Source: Octopus bimaculoides
Lineage: Eukaryota
Direction: 5' to 3'
Assembly (NCBI RefSeq): GCF_001194135.2
Contig: NC_068981.1
Span: 198,689,834-198,753,833 of the forward strand
DNA: 64,000 nucleotides
Part shown: positions 13,501-61,830 of the stretch, piece by piece
Layout of the letters: every line of letters starts with the position of its first letter
How positions within the stretch are numbered: position 1 is the stretch's first letter
The notes under the pieces: model-generated
Databases searched by the model: none
Seen by the model: the letters and a program-made list of their open reading frames with translations, nothing else
What the model was told of the DNA's origin: nothing
Translations under genes and position numbers: made by a program

Positions 13501-16500
13501 AGCAGGGACTGGCATCGACCACGTTCGGATGGTGCTTTTTATGTGCCATTGACACAGGGAGCCAGTCAGGCAGCACTGGCAACAACCCACGCATGAATGG
13601 TGCTTATTGCTTGCCACCAGCATGGGAGCCGGTCAGGCGACACTGGCATCGACCACAGCTACAATTTCCATTTGATTGTGATTTGATTTGATTTGATTTT
13701 CATTTTGATTTTACTTGACTCAATGGGTCTCCTCAAGTATGGCATATCACCCTACGATTCGAATGGGATGGTTATGTGACACTGGTCCAGGTTACAGCTG
13801 TGATCTTCTCAATCGCAGCATATCTCCAGAGGTCTTGGTCTTTTGTCATTGCCTTTGTGAGAATAAGGGTGATGGGAAGAGAAGAAACTCGTGAGAAGGA
13901 AGTAGCTGAGGAGAAATGGCATAAATCTTGCCAGTTGTTGGGAGCAGAAGAAGCCATAGAATTAGTGACAGAAAAAAACAGTGAGAGGATAGAGTATATG
14001 TGGGGAGAGGGGTGGAAGGAAGAAGACCAGAGGAAGCATTGGCCAGGGTTTGGGGACCAATCAGTGAGATGCAGCTGTTTTGGGGGCCATCTAGGTTGTC
14101 TGTGTAGGGACTTATTTGCGTTTGACAGGGAAATATGAAGATGTGGAATTCATGCCTTTTCCAGTGATATCAGTGAAGGGAAATGCCAAGAATATGACTC
14201 AAAACTATATCTTCTTGGACGGTTGGGGAAATAACATTAAAAATACAAAAGAAGCAAATAAACATTGAAACACAACAGTTGTTGTGAGATTAAAGTACAC
14301 TCATTACTGACCCTATGGCCTTGAGATCAATCCTCACTACTGACCCTATGGCCTTGAGACCAATCCTCACTACTGACCCTATGGCTTTGAGGTCAAGCCT
14401 CACTACTGACCCTATGGCCTTGAGACNNNNNNNNNNNNNNNNNNNTTACTGACCCTATGGCCTTGAGATCAATCCTCACTACTGACCCTATGGCCTTGAG
14501 ACCAATCCTCACTACTGACCCTATGGCTTTGAGGTCAAGCCTCACTACTGACCCTATGGCCTTGAGACCAATCCTCACTAATTCAAGTGTTATTTTATGA
14601 TGAATGATATTTAAGATTCCTCATGTTTTTTGTTGTCTTTTTTTGTTGTGATTCTATCTTAACATTGGTTTCTTATTTCAACATAACTTCTCTTCTTTCA
14701 CTAATTTTTACACCTGACTCCAAGTCGCATGCCATTGTATCCATAATGTTATGGCATAGGAATCAATATCTTATTTCCAATTAATCCACCATTATGTCTT
14801 CTGGTCAATACCCTGGTCCCCACAAATTTAGAGACTTAATGCCAATCTATGTATGCTGGCACTTAAAACAGTTTAGTCCCTAGGGCCCAATAGAAAGGAC
14901 CATAATGATGTTAAGATGGTCCTGCTATTTCTATCTATTTTTGATTCATCCCCTGCCTTACCAATATTCTTTATTTTCAGGTTATTACCTTTTTACGGAA
15001 GCTTCATCAAATTACCATTCTGTAGCAAAAATTCGTACACCAAAAGTGACACCTGGAAAACACTGTCTTCAGTTTTGGTATCACATGTATGGAAAAGATA
15101 TGGGGACTCTAAAAGTAAATATCGTCACCGATGGTCAGAAAGCTATAAATATTGTTAAAATAAGTGGAAACAAAGGCAACGTGTGGCTGCAGAGTAAGAC
15201 TGGTTTTACTGCAACAGAGAATACACAGGTAAGTGTCATCTTCTTGTCTGTCACTATTAATACCAGATCAATACTTCCCTTGCTCATTTATTGATTTTTA
15301 GCTTCAATTAAGTGATGACATGTGGACTAGTGGTAAGGGCATTGCACTCACGATCACTAGATTATGATTTCAATTCCCGGATTGGTAGAGTATTATGTTC
15401 TTGAGCAAAACACTTCATTTCATGTTGCCCCAGTCCACCCATTTGTAAATGAGTAACAACCCTGCAAAGGACTGGCATCCCATTCGAAGGGGGGGTTGTG
15501 ATCTTGGTCACTTACATGCCATAGAAATTGGGTAAGTGTGAGCCCTAGGATTTGGGACAGTAATGTAACTTCTTTTTTCAATTCCAATCAAACTAAAACT
15601 TCAGGAAGTCATGTTTGAGTTATCCCCCCTTGACTAACTTGGGTCTTTGAAACCCTGTTTGATGTTTACATCTCTTTGACACAATCGGGGAAGGGATAAG
15701 TCGAGTATACAACTGGTATTTATTTTATCGACCTTGGAAGGATGAAAGGTAAATTCGCCCTTGGTGAAATTTGAACTCAACCTGTAAAAACAGACGAAAT
15801 GCTGCCAACTTGCTGCCTCACTCATAACCATAAGAAATATTAAATCAACTGTGATCTCTGATGGAATACTTCTCTCACGTCGTGGATGCTGCTGCTGCTA
15901 CACACAAAAATACCTTAAGTTCAAAGAAAGCCGTCTGGTTGTTTTGGCACATGATTTTTCACCAACAGAGAAGGAAGACCAGACTGAAAGTGAATAAGAT
16001 GTCCACGTAGATTTATGGATATATACATTTCTCAGTATATTATTAGATGACTAGATTGTTCTAATTCTACTCAACTTTTATATGGAACACTCTCTTATAT
16101 TATATAGTGTGGTATATAGTGTGGTATATAATGAATGTATGTACCTGAAACAGCTTTAAATTAAAATACAGTTATGTGTGATATTTAGGATGTATGTGGA
16201 ACTGCTCTCTCTCTCTGATATTTTGCCTAAGAGAAGCATTTTAAGTTGACTTGTGTAGATGGTCAGGTGATGTTTTAACTTGGTTTGGTTGCCCTAATGA
16301 CGAATACTTTGGACATGCTGAGCTGAGCCCAGTATTTTAATCTAAGGCCATGTCAAGTGTGTATATTAATTTTATTCTAGCCTGCCTAGCTATTGCAGGA
16401 ATCAGTGAATGTTTGGTTTAGCGACTTCTATAGTGGAAGAAGCATTTGTTGGTTTAGCTAAGAATATCCATCACTGAAGAGGCTAAATTAAGTCAAAACA

Positions 16501-17935
16501 TCATGTCTGTTGATCCACAGGCGTTCTGAGCAAAGCTCTCAGTTTTTAAGGCAGAAAACTCTGAGAAATGTTCTCTGAGACAAAATATTACAACTAGTGC
16601 CATTCCACATTTATATACACATCATAACTGTTATATATCCTGGTATTTTACTGAGATTTATATTTTGAATAATAATAATAATTAATAATAATGTTCAGCT
16701 GTCATATGAGCTCCAAGATTGAACTTTGTTGCTGTGTATTTTGTTTTCAAATAAATGTGAGCAGCAAAATATGAGTAAAATTATTTTAAATTTCTCTTTT
16801 ATGTTTTACTTGCTTGAGTCAATAGACTGTGGCCATGCTGGGGCACTGCCTTGAAGAGGTTTAGTCAAAGAAATTCACCCCATTACTTCAAAGTAGAGGC
16901 CTTCGTGTTGCACCATTTGAAGCCACCTTTCTGCCAGTTCTTTGATCTCAAACTGTGACTAGTTCTTGTCCTTTAAGGCAAGGAACTCCTTCACTGAGGC
17001 TTCCGTCTTCTCTCGGTTGATGAAGTGTCATGAATGCAGGCAGTGTTCCATGGATCAGAACAAGCAATAATCTGAGGAAGACATTTTTCTACAATCCTAA
17101 CGAGAATAAGCACTGGTTAAAGGAGGGCCAGCCTGAGGAACCTGTCGCCAAACCGATGCCCTGCATCTGCTGGAATTATGAGGGGAAAATTCACTGCAAG
17201 TTCATTCTGGATGGTCGAAACATCAATGCCAAGAAGTTGGAGCAGATGTGTGCCAGTGTGCAGCAAAAATACCCAGCACTGGTTAACAGAAAGTGAGTTC
17301 TTCTGCAGAAAGACAATGCAAGACTGCCAACTGGTCAAATGAACAGGAATTTGAGGGAATTAAATTGACACCATATCTAGCATACAGACTGGATCTAACT
17401 CCCTTGGATTATTCCTTGTTCTGATCCTTGGCTGACTTCCTCTGCTCATTTCCAAGGGGAAGTGGAAATATCAGTGAAGGAATTCTTCTCCTCAAAGGAC
17501 AAGAACTGGTGTCAGTGTGGGACCAAAGAACTGGCAGAAAGGTCAGACGGTGCAACACAACGGCCCCTACTTTGAATGCTTGGCTGCTTTTGTTGGAACT
17601 TGACAAATGAAGCAAATAAGTCACTGAAATATTGCAAAGCTTTTCACACAACACAGTTCATCTGAGACGTGACAAGTCCTGTTGAGGTGGTCAATCCAAG
17701 ATTACCCAAACATTTTCCTGAGATACACTGGTATGATTGTTGAGTTGCATGGCTCAGTTGGATTCTTATACTCATGAGTAAAACCTCAGTGAAAACTATC
17801 CTTCTGTCTTCACATCACCACTGATGAAGCAAGCTAATTTGACGAACCTTCGTCTCATTTATATTTGAGCACTTCTTTTGCTGTCCTAGAAACCCTTTTG
17901 TTTCTAGAAAAAGAGACAAATATTATTTCTTGTTG

Positions 17936-17993
<58 letters not shown>

Positions 17994-18128
17994 TATACAC
18001 TTCTATGCATCTCTTTCTATATTTCAATTAATATTTCTTTGCAGGTGGAATTTGAAAGTATAACTGGGGAACATTACAGAAGTGATATGGCCATAGATGA
18101 TGTTATAGTGCAAGACGGAACCTGTTGA
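587..18128 (+). CDS. Gene A (spliced, 5'-partial): astacin-family zinc metalloprotease + MAM domain (meprin-like / squid ALSM-myosinase-like)
   Basis: Hand-spliced exons 587-619, 1369-1412, 4426-4501, [missing exon], 8664-8839, 11019-11264, 11705-11869, 14981-15228, 18045-18128, all AG/GT bounded and phase-compatible except across the missing exon. Motifs: propeptide GMFQGDI, zinc site HETLHNLGFYHEQSRPDRD, Met-turn SIMHY, MAM CTFD-xxLCGW...YLxTEAS...CLQFWYHMYG...SDMAIDDV. No TM tail. Confidence 0.92.
706..853. mobile_element. Head-to-head pair of tRNA-derived SINE heads (palindromic), left copy tailed by (TAA)n
   Basis: 706-775 is the reverse complement of 793-852 with a few mismatches; A box TGGCATAGTGG and B-box-like GAGTTC(T/G)ATTCC; (TTA)n at 630-705. 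Confidence 0.7.
1369..1412 (+). CDS. Gene A propeptide exon with FxGD aspartate switch (44 nt, GMFQGDIDLEGRNIF)
   Basis: ttcag/.../gtgagt; FQGDI is the conserved astacin prodomain motif. Confidence 0.9.
4045..4392. repeat. (CTA)n/(CCA)n compound microsatellite
   Basis: Direct reading; ends about 33 nt before the acceptor of exon 4426. Confidence 0.97.
4426..4501 (+). CDS. Gene A exon, mature N-terminus (76 nt, SRNAIGSAKKKWPSTTIPFKI)
   Basis: cacag/.../gtaagt; RNA...WP..xIPF/Y astacin N-terminal pattern. Confidence 0.9.
4600..5060 (-). mobile_element. Degenerate 3' fragment of an RTE-clade LINE
   Basis: Minus strand reads HQCLTCGTAF*ACIGLIGHTW, like the RTE C-terminal CxxC..F.ARIGLxxH motif seen intact at 37277-37340. 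Confidence 0.5.
6545..6700 (+). mobile_element. tRNA-derived SINE, family 1 (further copies 1-150 [-], about 9000-9130, 32480-32600 [-], 39640-39800, 47245-47405, 52630-52760)
   Basis: GGCGTAGCTGTGTGGTAAG...GGTTCAGTCC head; conserved body ending GAAACTGAAAGAAGCCCGTC followed by (AT)n. Confidence 0.7.
8664..8839 (+). CDS. Gene A zinc-binding exon (176 nt)
   Basis: CHSPVG...GC...HETLHNLGFYHEQSRPDRD; cgcag/.../gtgaga. Confidence 0.97.
9590..9920 (-). mobile_element. RTE-clade LINE 3' coding fragment joined to its 3' UTR repeat (9145-9590)
   Basis: GRGRARKTWDEVVKHDLRTLGLTEATTKDQDLWR; near-identical to 38340-38700 and 46250-46520. Confidence 0.8.
9965..10526 (-). mobile_element. Internally deleted Tc1/mariner element (MITE-like) with about 108-bp TIRs
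   Basis: 9965-10072 and 10417-10526 are inverted repeats starting CAAGGT/CAGGGC after TA; interior minus strand MATPQERPFCVLQFEK...QREF..QFNKNPPH..I*EWYKNFTEKGCICRGKSP resembles a DUF4817-type transposase N-terminus. Confidence 0.8.
11019..11264 (+). CDS. Gene A Met-turn exon (246 nt)
   Basis: PYDYNSIMHY...IGQRSGMSQLDIIQLQRLYKC; tttcag/.../gtaaaa. Confidence 0.97.
11705..11869 (+). CDS. Gene A MAM exon 1 (165 nt)
   Basis: PNCTFDGGLCGWQN...TGPLMDHT; ttctag/.../gtaagc. Confidence 0.92.
14299..14581. repeat. 33-bp minisatellite (ACTACTGACCCTATGGCCTTGAGACCAATCCTC), about 8 visible units with a small gap
   Basis: Direct reading; no spacers. Confidence 0.95.
14981..15228 (+). CDS. Gene A MAM exon 2 (248 nt)
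   Basis: GYYLFTEAS...HCLQFWYHMYGKDMGTLKV; tttcag/.../gtaagt. Confidence 0.95.
16990..17560 (+). mobile_element. Degenerate mariner (Mos1/SETMAR-type) transposase fragment
   Basis: ...HWLKEG..EPVAKP..CICWNYEGKIH....DGRNIN...QQKYPALVNRK*VLLQKDNAR...PYLAYRLDLTPLDYSLF*SL (the YSPDLAPSDY motif); stops and frameshifts. Confidence 0.8.
18045..18128 (+). CDS. Gene A terminal MAM exon (VEFESITGEHYRSDMAIDDVIVQDGTC-stop)
   Basis: ttgcag acceptor; MAM C-terminal DxAIDD motif and final Cys; TGA 18126-18128. Confidence 0.95.
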   Translation: MEFESITGEHYRSDMAIDDVIVQDGTC

Positions 18129-18174
18129 TTATGTACTTACTTGTTTGTTATTACATAATATATATATATGCACA

Positions 18175-18235
<61 letters not shown>

Positions 18236-18455
18236 GTTTGTGTGTGTGTATATATGTGTGTGTGTGTTTATATATATGTATGTATGTATATGTATGTATT
18301 TATGTATATGTATATGTGTGTGTTTATGTATGTATGCATATATGTATGTGTTTATACATATGTGTGTGTGCATCTATGTATGTATGCATATATGTATGTA
18401 TACTTTTGTGAATATTTAAGGAAGTTATATTCCTCATGCTAATTAACTGCCTTAT

Positions 18456-18461
18456 AATAAA
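18456..18461 (+). promoter_or_regulatory. Candidate polyadenylation signal of gene A
   Basis: AATAAA about 330 nt after the stop, followed by a T/G-rich tract (18478-18515); AT-rich context makes chance matches likely. Confidence 0.35.
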
Positions 18462-21400
18462 CAAATCTCACTAATTTGTTTTTGTTTGTCTTTCGTGGTT
18501 TTGTTTGGTTTTTGTGACCCTAAAAGCATAAGAGATCAGAAAAAGCCCGCTTGGCTGGCCCTTCCACAATGATGGGAACATAATTTAGTTAAGCAATTTG
18601 GATTAAGACGGAAAAGAATGGCGCAATCAAGACAGAATTGGAAGTGCATTGTGACCAGTGTTGTATAACAGCACCTTGTGGTCTGGTTGGCACTGTGATA
18701 TTGTGAAAACAATATTAGGGTCTTATTTATTGATTTTGAAAACATGTATGATCTAATTCTTTGGATTTGACTTTAAACCAAATTCATGGAAAATCAGAAA
18801 TAAAACAACAAGAGAAAAGAATTGTCCAATTAATCAATTGTGATTCCTTTATATCTGCAATAAATTGATGATGAAGTACAGTGTTACACTTTCTCCCTTC
18901 TTTCAGTGTCAGAAGCCATCAGTTTACTATGGGGATGTGAGGGTGTGCATGAAAACTAACTGATCCCCAACAGACAATGAGATGAGTACATCTTGTATCT
19001 ACTGAACATGGGAGTGAGTTTATGTGCTCCAGAGATACTAGTCAAGCTGATGGCTGCCACATCTATGTCTAGTGACCTGATGCCATTGAGGAAGTGACCT
19101 TGCTTCCAAGCTTATGCCAGATCACTTGCAGAGTAACCATGTCTGTTAGGAAACAATAATGGTGAAGTCATTCCTCACATCTTTGTCTCATCATAGTAAT
19201 GACAAAGAACAATGAATTACATCTGGTTGTTCTCCACAAAGAGCATCAAAAAGGGCAATGCAGGGGCACCAGAAGACCAATCTTTAAAACTTCTGAGTGA
19301 TGCAATGATTGCATGGTGTAAGTGAATTTATAGAAGATGTTTGTGGTTCGAAACCACTTTGTTATAAGTGTATGGCTTAGCGGTGAGTGTCATTGAGCTC
19401 ATGCTAAAAAGGTCATGAGTTTGATTCCCAGCAGTGCATTGTATCCTTGAGCAAGATACTTTATTTCACATTGCTCCACCCCACTCAACTGGCAAACATG
19501 TACCTCAATTCCAAAGGGCCAGGCAATTCACAATTTTTCTCAATCATTGAATCTCTCTGAGAACTCTGTGAAGGGCACACATGTCTGTGGAGTACTCAAC
19601 CCATTGTACATTAGTTTCATGAGCAGGTTGTTCTGTTGATCACATCGACTGGAACCCTGGCTGTTATAAGTGACCGAGTTTCGAAGGAATATCTTGTCTT
19701 AATCACTTGATTATTGAGTTGATGGGGCACTGGAAAATGATGACATAAAAAGAATGTCCTAAAACATGAGGGAGTTAGGCAGCTGCACAAGATGTAAAGA
19801 GGGTACATTGATTCCGGTTTGTAGCAAGATCCAGTTCCTGCCTGAATGGTATTGGATTTAGAAAGGAGAGCAGCGATTGGCAAAGTGTGGAAGACATTTG
19901 GTAGATGTGAAACTGAAGAATAAACCTTAGGAAGTTTTGATTAAATATTTGTTGGGGGATTGGAGGAGGGGGTTGCAACCACACCTGGTTTGGCACAGTG
20001 GCTGCTTGGATTGATGATAGGAAAGAAGGAAAACTGTGGTATTATGATGTGGGATAAAAGAGTCTGAAAGAATGCTCTGTGGATGTTGTCCCATTCATAA
20101 CTCACTCCAAGAGAATGCCTTTGTGGAAGGTTTTGGTTAGTCTGGTGTTGAATGATTAGCAGAGCTGGATTTGGTTGCATGCTGTCAAATATATTCCTTG
20201 CCTTTATTGAACTCATAAAGCAAAATATGCTTTGTCACTTCTATCATAGCTTTGGAAAAATAACTTAAAATCGAATTGCACTCTTCAAAACTTGCACTAA
20301 GAATAAGTACAAGGTAAAATTACTACCTGCTTTTATAGCAAATTGATGCAGATAGTTTATCCTGTACCCCTCTGACTTTTAGTTCATGCAATTGAGAAAA
20401 TCGCATTATTTATGGGACGACCCAATATCTCTGTATATAAATGTAAGATTCAAAGATCAAGGTGTAGGGAGAAGGTGAGTTTCAAGTAATCTATAAAAAA
20501 TGTAAAAAAAACAACCTTCAGAAACAAAGTACGATAAGCTGAAAAATATTTCACGGTTGGCAGCCAGGGTTGGCAGGTATGTGAGTAAAAATACAAGAGT
20601 TACAGAATGGAGGAGATAAGATGCAGGCTACACATGTTTCATTCGATCAGGTATTCTGATTGAATTTTCTGTGTGTTAACATGGGCCCCCTAACAACAAT
20701 GGAGACTTTCATTTAATCAAGATGTCCTTGGCCTGAAGAGTAGCCTGTGGTACACACCTTGATTGGATATTTATCACTTCTGACTGGACCCTGGTGCAGC
20801 CCTCCAACTTACCAGCTCTGGTCAAACCATCTAACCCATGCCAGCATGGAAAATGAACGCTAAACAATGATGGTGATGATTGATGATTGATGATGGATGA
20901 TGGATGATGGATGATTAGTGTTGTTGTGTGTTTCCATTCCTTTGGCCAACCCACTTTATGTCCAGAAAGAAAGCGAAAATGACAAAAAGGCCTGATTTAC
21001 TTGAAGTAAAAATGAAAGAGAACAAAACAAAATCCAACTTATTTCTCTTAATATTGTTGCTTATTACTATTAATGGCTCTTTCAAGAATATAATAGTAAA
21101 CTGTCACCTCTTTGATTTCGATTTGGTAGGCATAAACCGAAAGAACCCTGTCATGTGTGTGTGTGTGTGTGTTCCTCTTGGTTGTAAATGAGCATCACCA
21201 TCATACAAGCGATGTTGTTTGTTTCTAGTCTTCTGTGAAAAAGATGTGTTGGCCACAGGAAAGGCATCCAGCCATAGAAAATCTGCCTCAACAAGTTCTG
21301 TCTTGCAAGCATGGAAAAGATGATGTGAAATAATGATTATAATAATGACAATGATGATGATGAGGATGAGGAGGAGGAGGAGGGGGAGGGGGAGGAGGAG

Positions 21401-21628
21401 GATGAAAGCCACAACTTGTCCTTTTTAAACCATGCTTCACTTCCACATAATTAGCATATGACAATTAACAAGTTTGTTATTGCTGTAATGTGCTTTGATT
21501 AAATCTCTCATAAAAATTATAATTATTTTGAAATCTTCTTCTACATGCTTGATGCAAAAGAAAAAAAAAAGGAAGAAATTAGCTTTTTTTAATTAAAGAG
21601 GAAAATATTGAAATTGTCAGTACAAACG

Positions 21629-21634
21629 TTTATT
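21629..21634 (-). promoter_or_regulatory. Candidate polyadenylation signal of gene B
   Basis: AATAAA on the minus strand about 40 nt after the stop. Confidence 0.3.
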
Positions 21635-21673
21635 AGCTTCAAGGCAAAATAGTGAATAACAAAAAGAACAGCA

Positions 21674-57805
<36,132 letters not shown>

Positions 57806-58859
57806 CTGAAACAATAATATTGAGAGAAATGTAATTAATTAGTATGTTAATTAGTTATAATGAAGTAAATTAATGAATAATTCAGAGACAGAGAGGAGAA
57901 AAGAAGGGTGAATATTTGGGAGAGAGAGGGGGAGAAAGGTATATGACTGTGTGGAGAGAAAGAGAGTGAGAGTGAAGGAAAGAGAGAGAGAAAGAAAGAG
58001 AGAGAGTGAAATACACAAAATAGTTTTTGTTCTTCAGTTTAAGATGACTCAGGAGATAATCCATTGGATTAAAAATATGCAAAATTATTTAAAGTTTAAA
58101 TATATCCAAGGTGTTTAAAATGATATTTTATGATTGATGTTTGTAAAGTTATTTGTCTTTCATACATTTGCTGGTTTGAAGAATTTCAACAAAGTTCCTC
58201 TTTGTCAGTTCGTAAAAAATTGGAAATAAATGACAACATTACCATAGAAAAAAGAAAATAATAAGAATCATTTAATTATAATTAGTTTTCCTCACTTTAC
58301 CAAATTAGTTCGTCATCATCATCATCAACACCATCATCATCGTTTAACGTCTGCTTTCCATGCTGATATGGGTTGGACAGTTTGATAGGAGCTGAGAAGT
58401 CAGAAAACTGCACCAAGCCCTGCTGTCTGTTTTGGCAGGGGTTTGTTTTAATGCCTGGATACCCTCCCTGATGCTAACCACTTTACAGAGTGTGCTGGGT
58501 GCTTTAAGTGGCACCAGCCCCCTTGAGGCACCACCACCCAGGTACAGAGAGGTAAATGTAAGTGGAATGGTAGAGAGGATTAGACAGGGAGAGTGGGGCA
58601 GAGGGGAGAAGAAAAGGAATGCAGCGAGGGGTGAACTTGGGAAAGATAGAAAGGATATGGTTGGGAGAGGGAGGACGAGGGAGAGAGAGAGAGAGGTGAG
58701 AAAGTGGTGCTGGGCTGCAGGGGATGAGAGACAAGTGTAAGGCATGAAGAAAATGTTTAGTTTGGGGTTCATTGGTGGGATTGGATTAATGTAATGTGTG
58801 GGTAGAGGGCAAATAATACACAGCACTTCCAGCTAACTGTAATGCTCCTCCACTAATCA

Positions 58860-59790
58860 CTTTAAGATGCAACATCTTTTCTATTTCAGTTTCCAGGTCC
58901 TTATACTTACTCAGTTTGTCAAATTCCTTGACAGATATATTTTTATCAGTGGGAACACCTACATCTATTAGTCTACAAGTATCTTCTTCCCCAACCTTAA
59001 TGACTATGTCTGGTCAATTAGCCTAGATTGTTCCATTAGTGTTGACTGGAAAATCCCAGAGGATAGTAAGGGCTAAGGGTGATGTTCATAACAGTAAGCA
59101 GAAATGCTGATTTTGTGGTGTTCATGTATTTTCCAATATAAATATTCTTCTACCCTATCGTGGCGATTTTGATACTCGTTTGGTGTCAGCACAGAACATC
59201 CCAAGATGAGATGGTCTATTGTTTCATCAAATGTGTCACAGAATCTGCATTTAGTGTCAGAACTGTTTTGAAGAACATTAGCCTGGTAGTTTCTTGTGAG
59301 TAAACTTTGATCTTGTGCTGCCAATATATAAAACCTTCAGTCTCTGCTTTCAATCCTGAACTTCTCAGCCACTGACGGGTTGTTGCTTGGTCTACATCAG
59401 CATTTCGACTTTGAAGAATATACTGTCCATGCAGAGGCTTCTGGATCCACCGTTTCTCAATTTGTTTCTGCCCATTCTTTTTTGCACTCTGCTTGATCCA
59501 TTTCGCTTGTTTGGTGGCAGTGGTTTCAGGTTCTTCATCTAATTCAGGGTTAATACCAAGTTCTTTTGCGAATTTGCAAACTCACTTGACAATAGAATGT
59601 GACTTTCTGCTGCTTTCATGTTTGCACACAAGCCACAGCGTCCAGTCCTCTGTACCTGTTCATTGCTGCTGTGGAGGTCTTATAGCACAGTTCTACCTGC
59701 ATCATTCCTCTTCGCCCATTACTTCTAGGTAGGTACAGACAATCAATATCAGCTTTTCAGTGGTGCATGTTCTTAGATGTTAGTATTTTT
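58860..59790 (-). mobile_element. R4/Dong-like LINE (RT thumb, CCHC, restriction-like endonuclease)
   Basis: KADIDCLYLPRSNG.RG...HGQY...WL..SGLKAETEGFILAAQDQSL.TRNY...KCRFC....ETIDHLILGC...Y.NRHD...ILWDF...PDIV...IDV.VP.D....KEFDKLSKYKDL. Confidence 0.88.
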
Positions 59791-59819
59791 CTGTTCTTTT
59801 TCTTATTCTTTTTAAATAA

Positions 59820-60085
59820 GGTTTTGTTGTAACTCTTGGAGTCTTGCATGCATAGTGGGCTTGCTGCCTGCAGCCTACGGTACTATGCTATCCATTCTTT
59901 TCAATGATCTAATATTTTCCTGATTATTTTGTTACAGTTCTACTGGACACTCTCATTCCGATTTCCTTTATATTCCTCTTAATGCCTTCTGATACTGTTC
60001 CCAAGGACCCAATAATAATTGGCACTATCTTCACCTTCTTCATTTTCCATACCCGGGCTATTTCGTACTTAAGTAGATTGTATAT
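59820..60085 (-). mobile_element. R4/Dong-like 3' end and 3' UTR
   Basis: YNLLKYEIARVWKMKKVKIVPIIIGSLGTV; same 3' UTR (GCATGCAAGACTCCA.GAGTT.CAACAAAACC) also at about 31270-31310. Confidence 0.75.
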
Positions 60086-60679
60086 ATCAACTTATTATTA
60101 TTATAATTGTTGAGTGAGAGAGCAATGCATTTCATCAAAGTGACATTGGGGTAAAGCATATGAAGCCCATTATACCCATCAAGACTACCCGTCTGATAAG
60201 GGTACACCAGGCATATGCATCACAACCCTGTGTGCACGACATGGTAACCCAATATCAAGATAAACAGTGCATGACCTTCTAGGTGGAGCCCTGTGTGAAT
60301 TTCTTTTAGGTTGAGTAGCCCATCCTGCTCAAAAGGTCCCTGAATAAGGGCTGGTTGTTTAAGGATGATGAACAAAACACCTCGGGAAGCACCCATGTTT
60401 CCTGAGGTGAATTATTCAAACCTCACAGAATTCCTCTCAATACATGGCTTTGATGCTTCCCCACGACTTCTACTCATGATCAGAGAGGCATATATCGTCA
60501 GCCACCAAGGGACATGCTCATCTGGTTAAGGTCAAACAACTGACAAGCAAAGCTGTGGTATTGAACAGATATTATTACTATTATTGATGTCATTATCATC
60601 ATCATCGTAATAACTCTTTTCATTCATTCATTCATTCACCATTTTATTCTTGTCTTGGTTTATTAGATATCAAGCTTCA

Positions 60680-61830
60680 TCCCACAACCTTAAGTATCTG
60701 GCACCACTATTACAGTCGTTGCTCTGCCAAGCAAACATTCTTTCTTGTAGAACCAGGAAATTCATCTTGATATCCAGCATCTTTCACCAACCATTCTAAC
60801 TTCTTGCCACCCTCCCTCAGGTTCCAATTATAATTGGGGAAAAAAATTTTTATGGCAATTCCAAATATTTTAGGCCATGTTATTCTTTTATTCTCTCACA
60901 TTCTTTGTCTACCATTCCTGTTCCAAACAGACAGGCATCATCAATTAAGCGGCACACTTGTTCCTCCTTATTGAGTGCAATAATAATGCAATCATTATTA
61001 AACCTGGGGGTTTCCAGAATGTTTCATATCCCACAGTACCTTCAGATGGTCATCTTCAAGGACGTGTTCCGTTTTATGGTCATACTATTTTCCCACATGT
61101 TCAAATCCAGAATTCTTTTACAGATTTGCTAATGTGTGGTTGTAACAGTCTTGTCATGTCTCCAGATATTAGAAACCCCCTGAGTAAGCATTTTACATCC
61201 AGAAGCTACGTCTGCAGCCATCATTTTCACCACACATTCTATATTCAGTTGAGATGTCGTCTTTATCTGTAGTCTTTCTAACAAATCTTGCTCTGTTGGT
61301 TTGATTCTGTACAGAGACAATGAAACCTCTTTGTCTTTTTCTTTAATATTTTTTAACCTTTGAAATGACTTCTGATCTCAAAAAACTTTGTGTAACCATT
61401 TTGTATATCAGTTCTACCTCTGAGGACTTCCATTTTTCTCTTCTTTCAGCTATTAAAAGCACCTCATCACTTTCAGCAATGCACAGTCTTGAACTCTCCT
61501 CTTCTACATCCACATAGTTTTCTACACTTATCATTCCACTTCATCCATCCTTTCACCTAAAAAAAACAACCTGCCAACATCTGCTTGTCACTATAAAGCT
61601 TCATAGATTTTCTAGCATTTTCCTCGTCTCTCTTGTCAAGTTCTTCCTTTGTTCACGTCATTATTTCACTGTTGTACCTCAAGATGGAGATGGCTTTTGT
61701 GTTTGTTTACACCATTGAGATTTGGATTTTAGTATGCCCATTATCCTTTAGGAATATTCTTTCTTGATTTTAACTTTCATTGTTTTATCCTTTATACCGC
61801 CAGCATCCAAGACTTCAATATATTTGTATC
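60680..61830 (-). mobile_element. R4/Dong-like LINE, degenerate
   Basis: GYKYIEVLD...ILKSK...MISVENYVDVEE...VASGCKML.Q...RHD...KVLWD...LIDDAC...PIIIGT. Confidence 0.75.

Noticed and set aside
19600-20220. Minus-strand ORFs between the genes, vaguely Penelope-like
   Set aside because: No diagnostic RT or GIY-YIG motif readable; needs a profile search.
18129-21673. Overlapping 3' UTRs / natural antisense between the convergent genes
   Set aside because: Stops are 3.5 kb apart and each gene has a nearby AATAAA; no sequence support for overlap.
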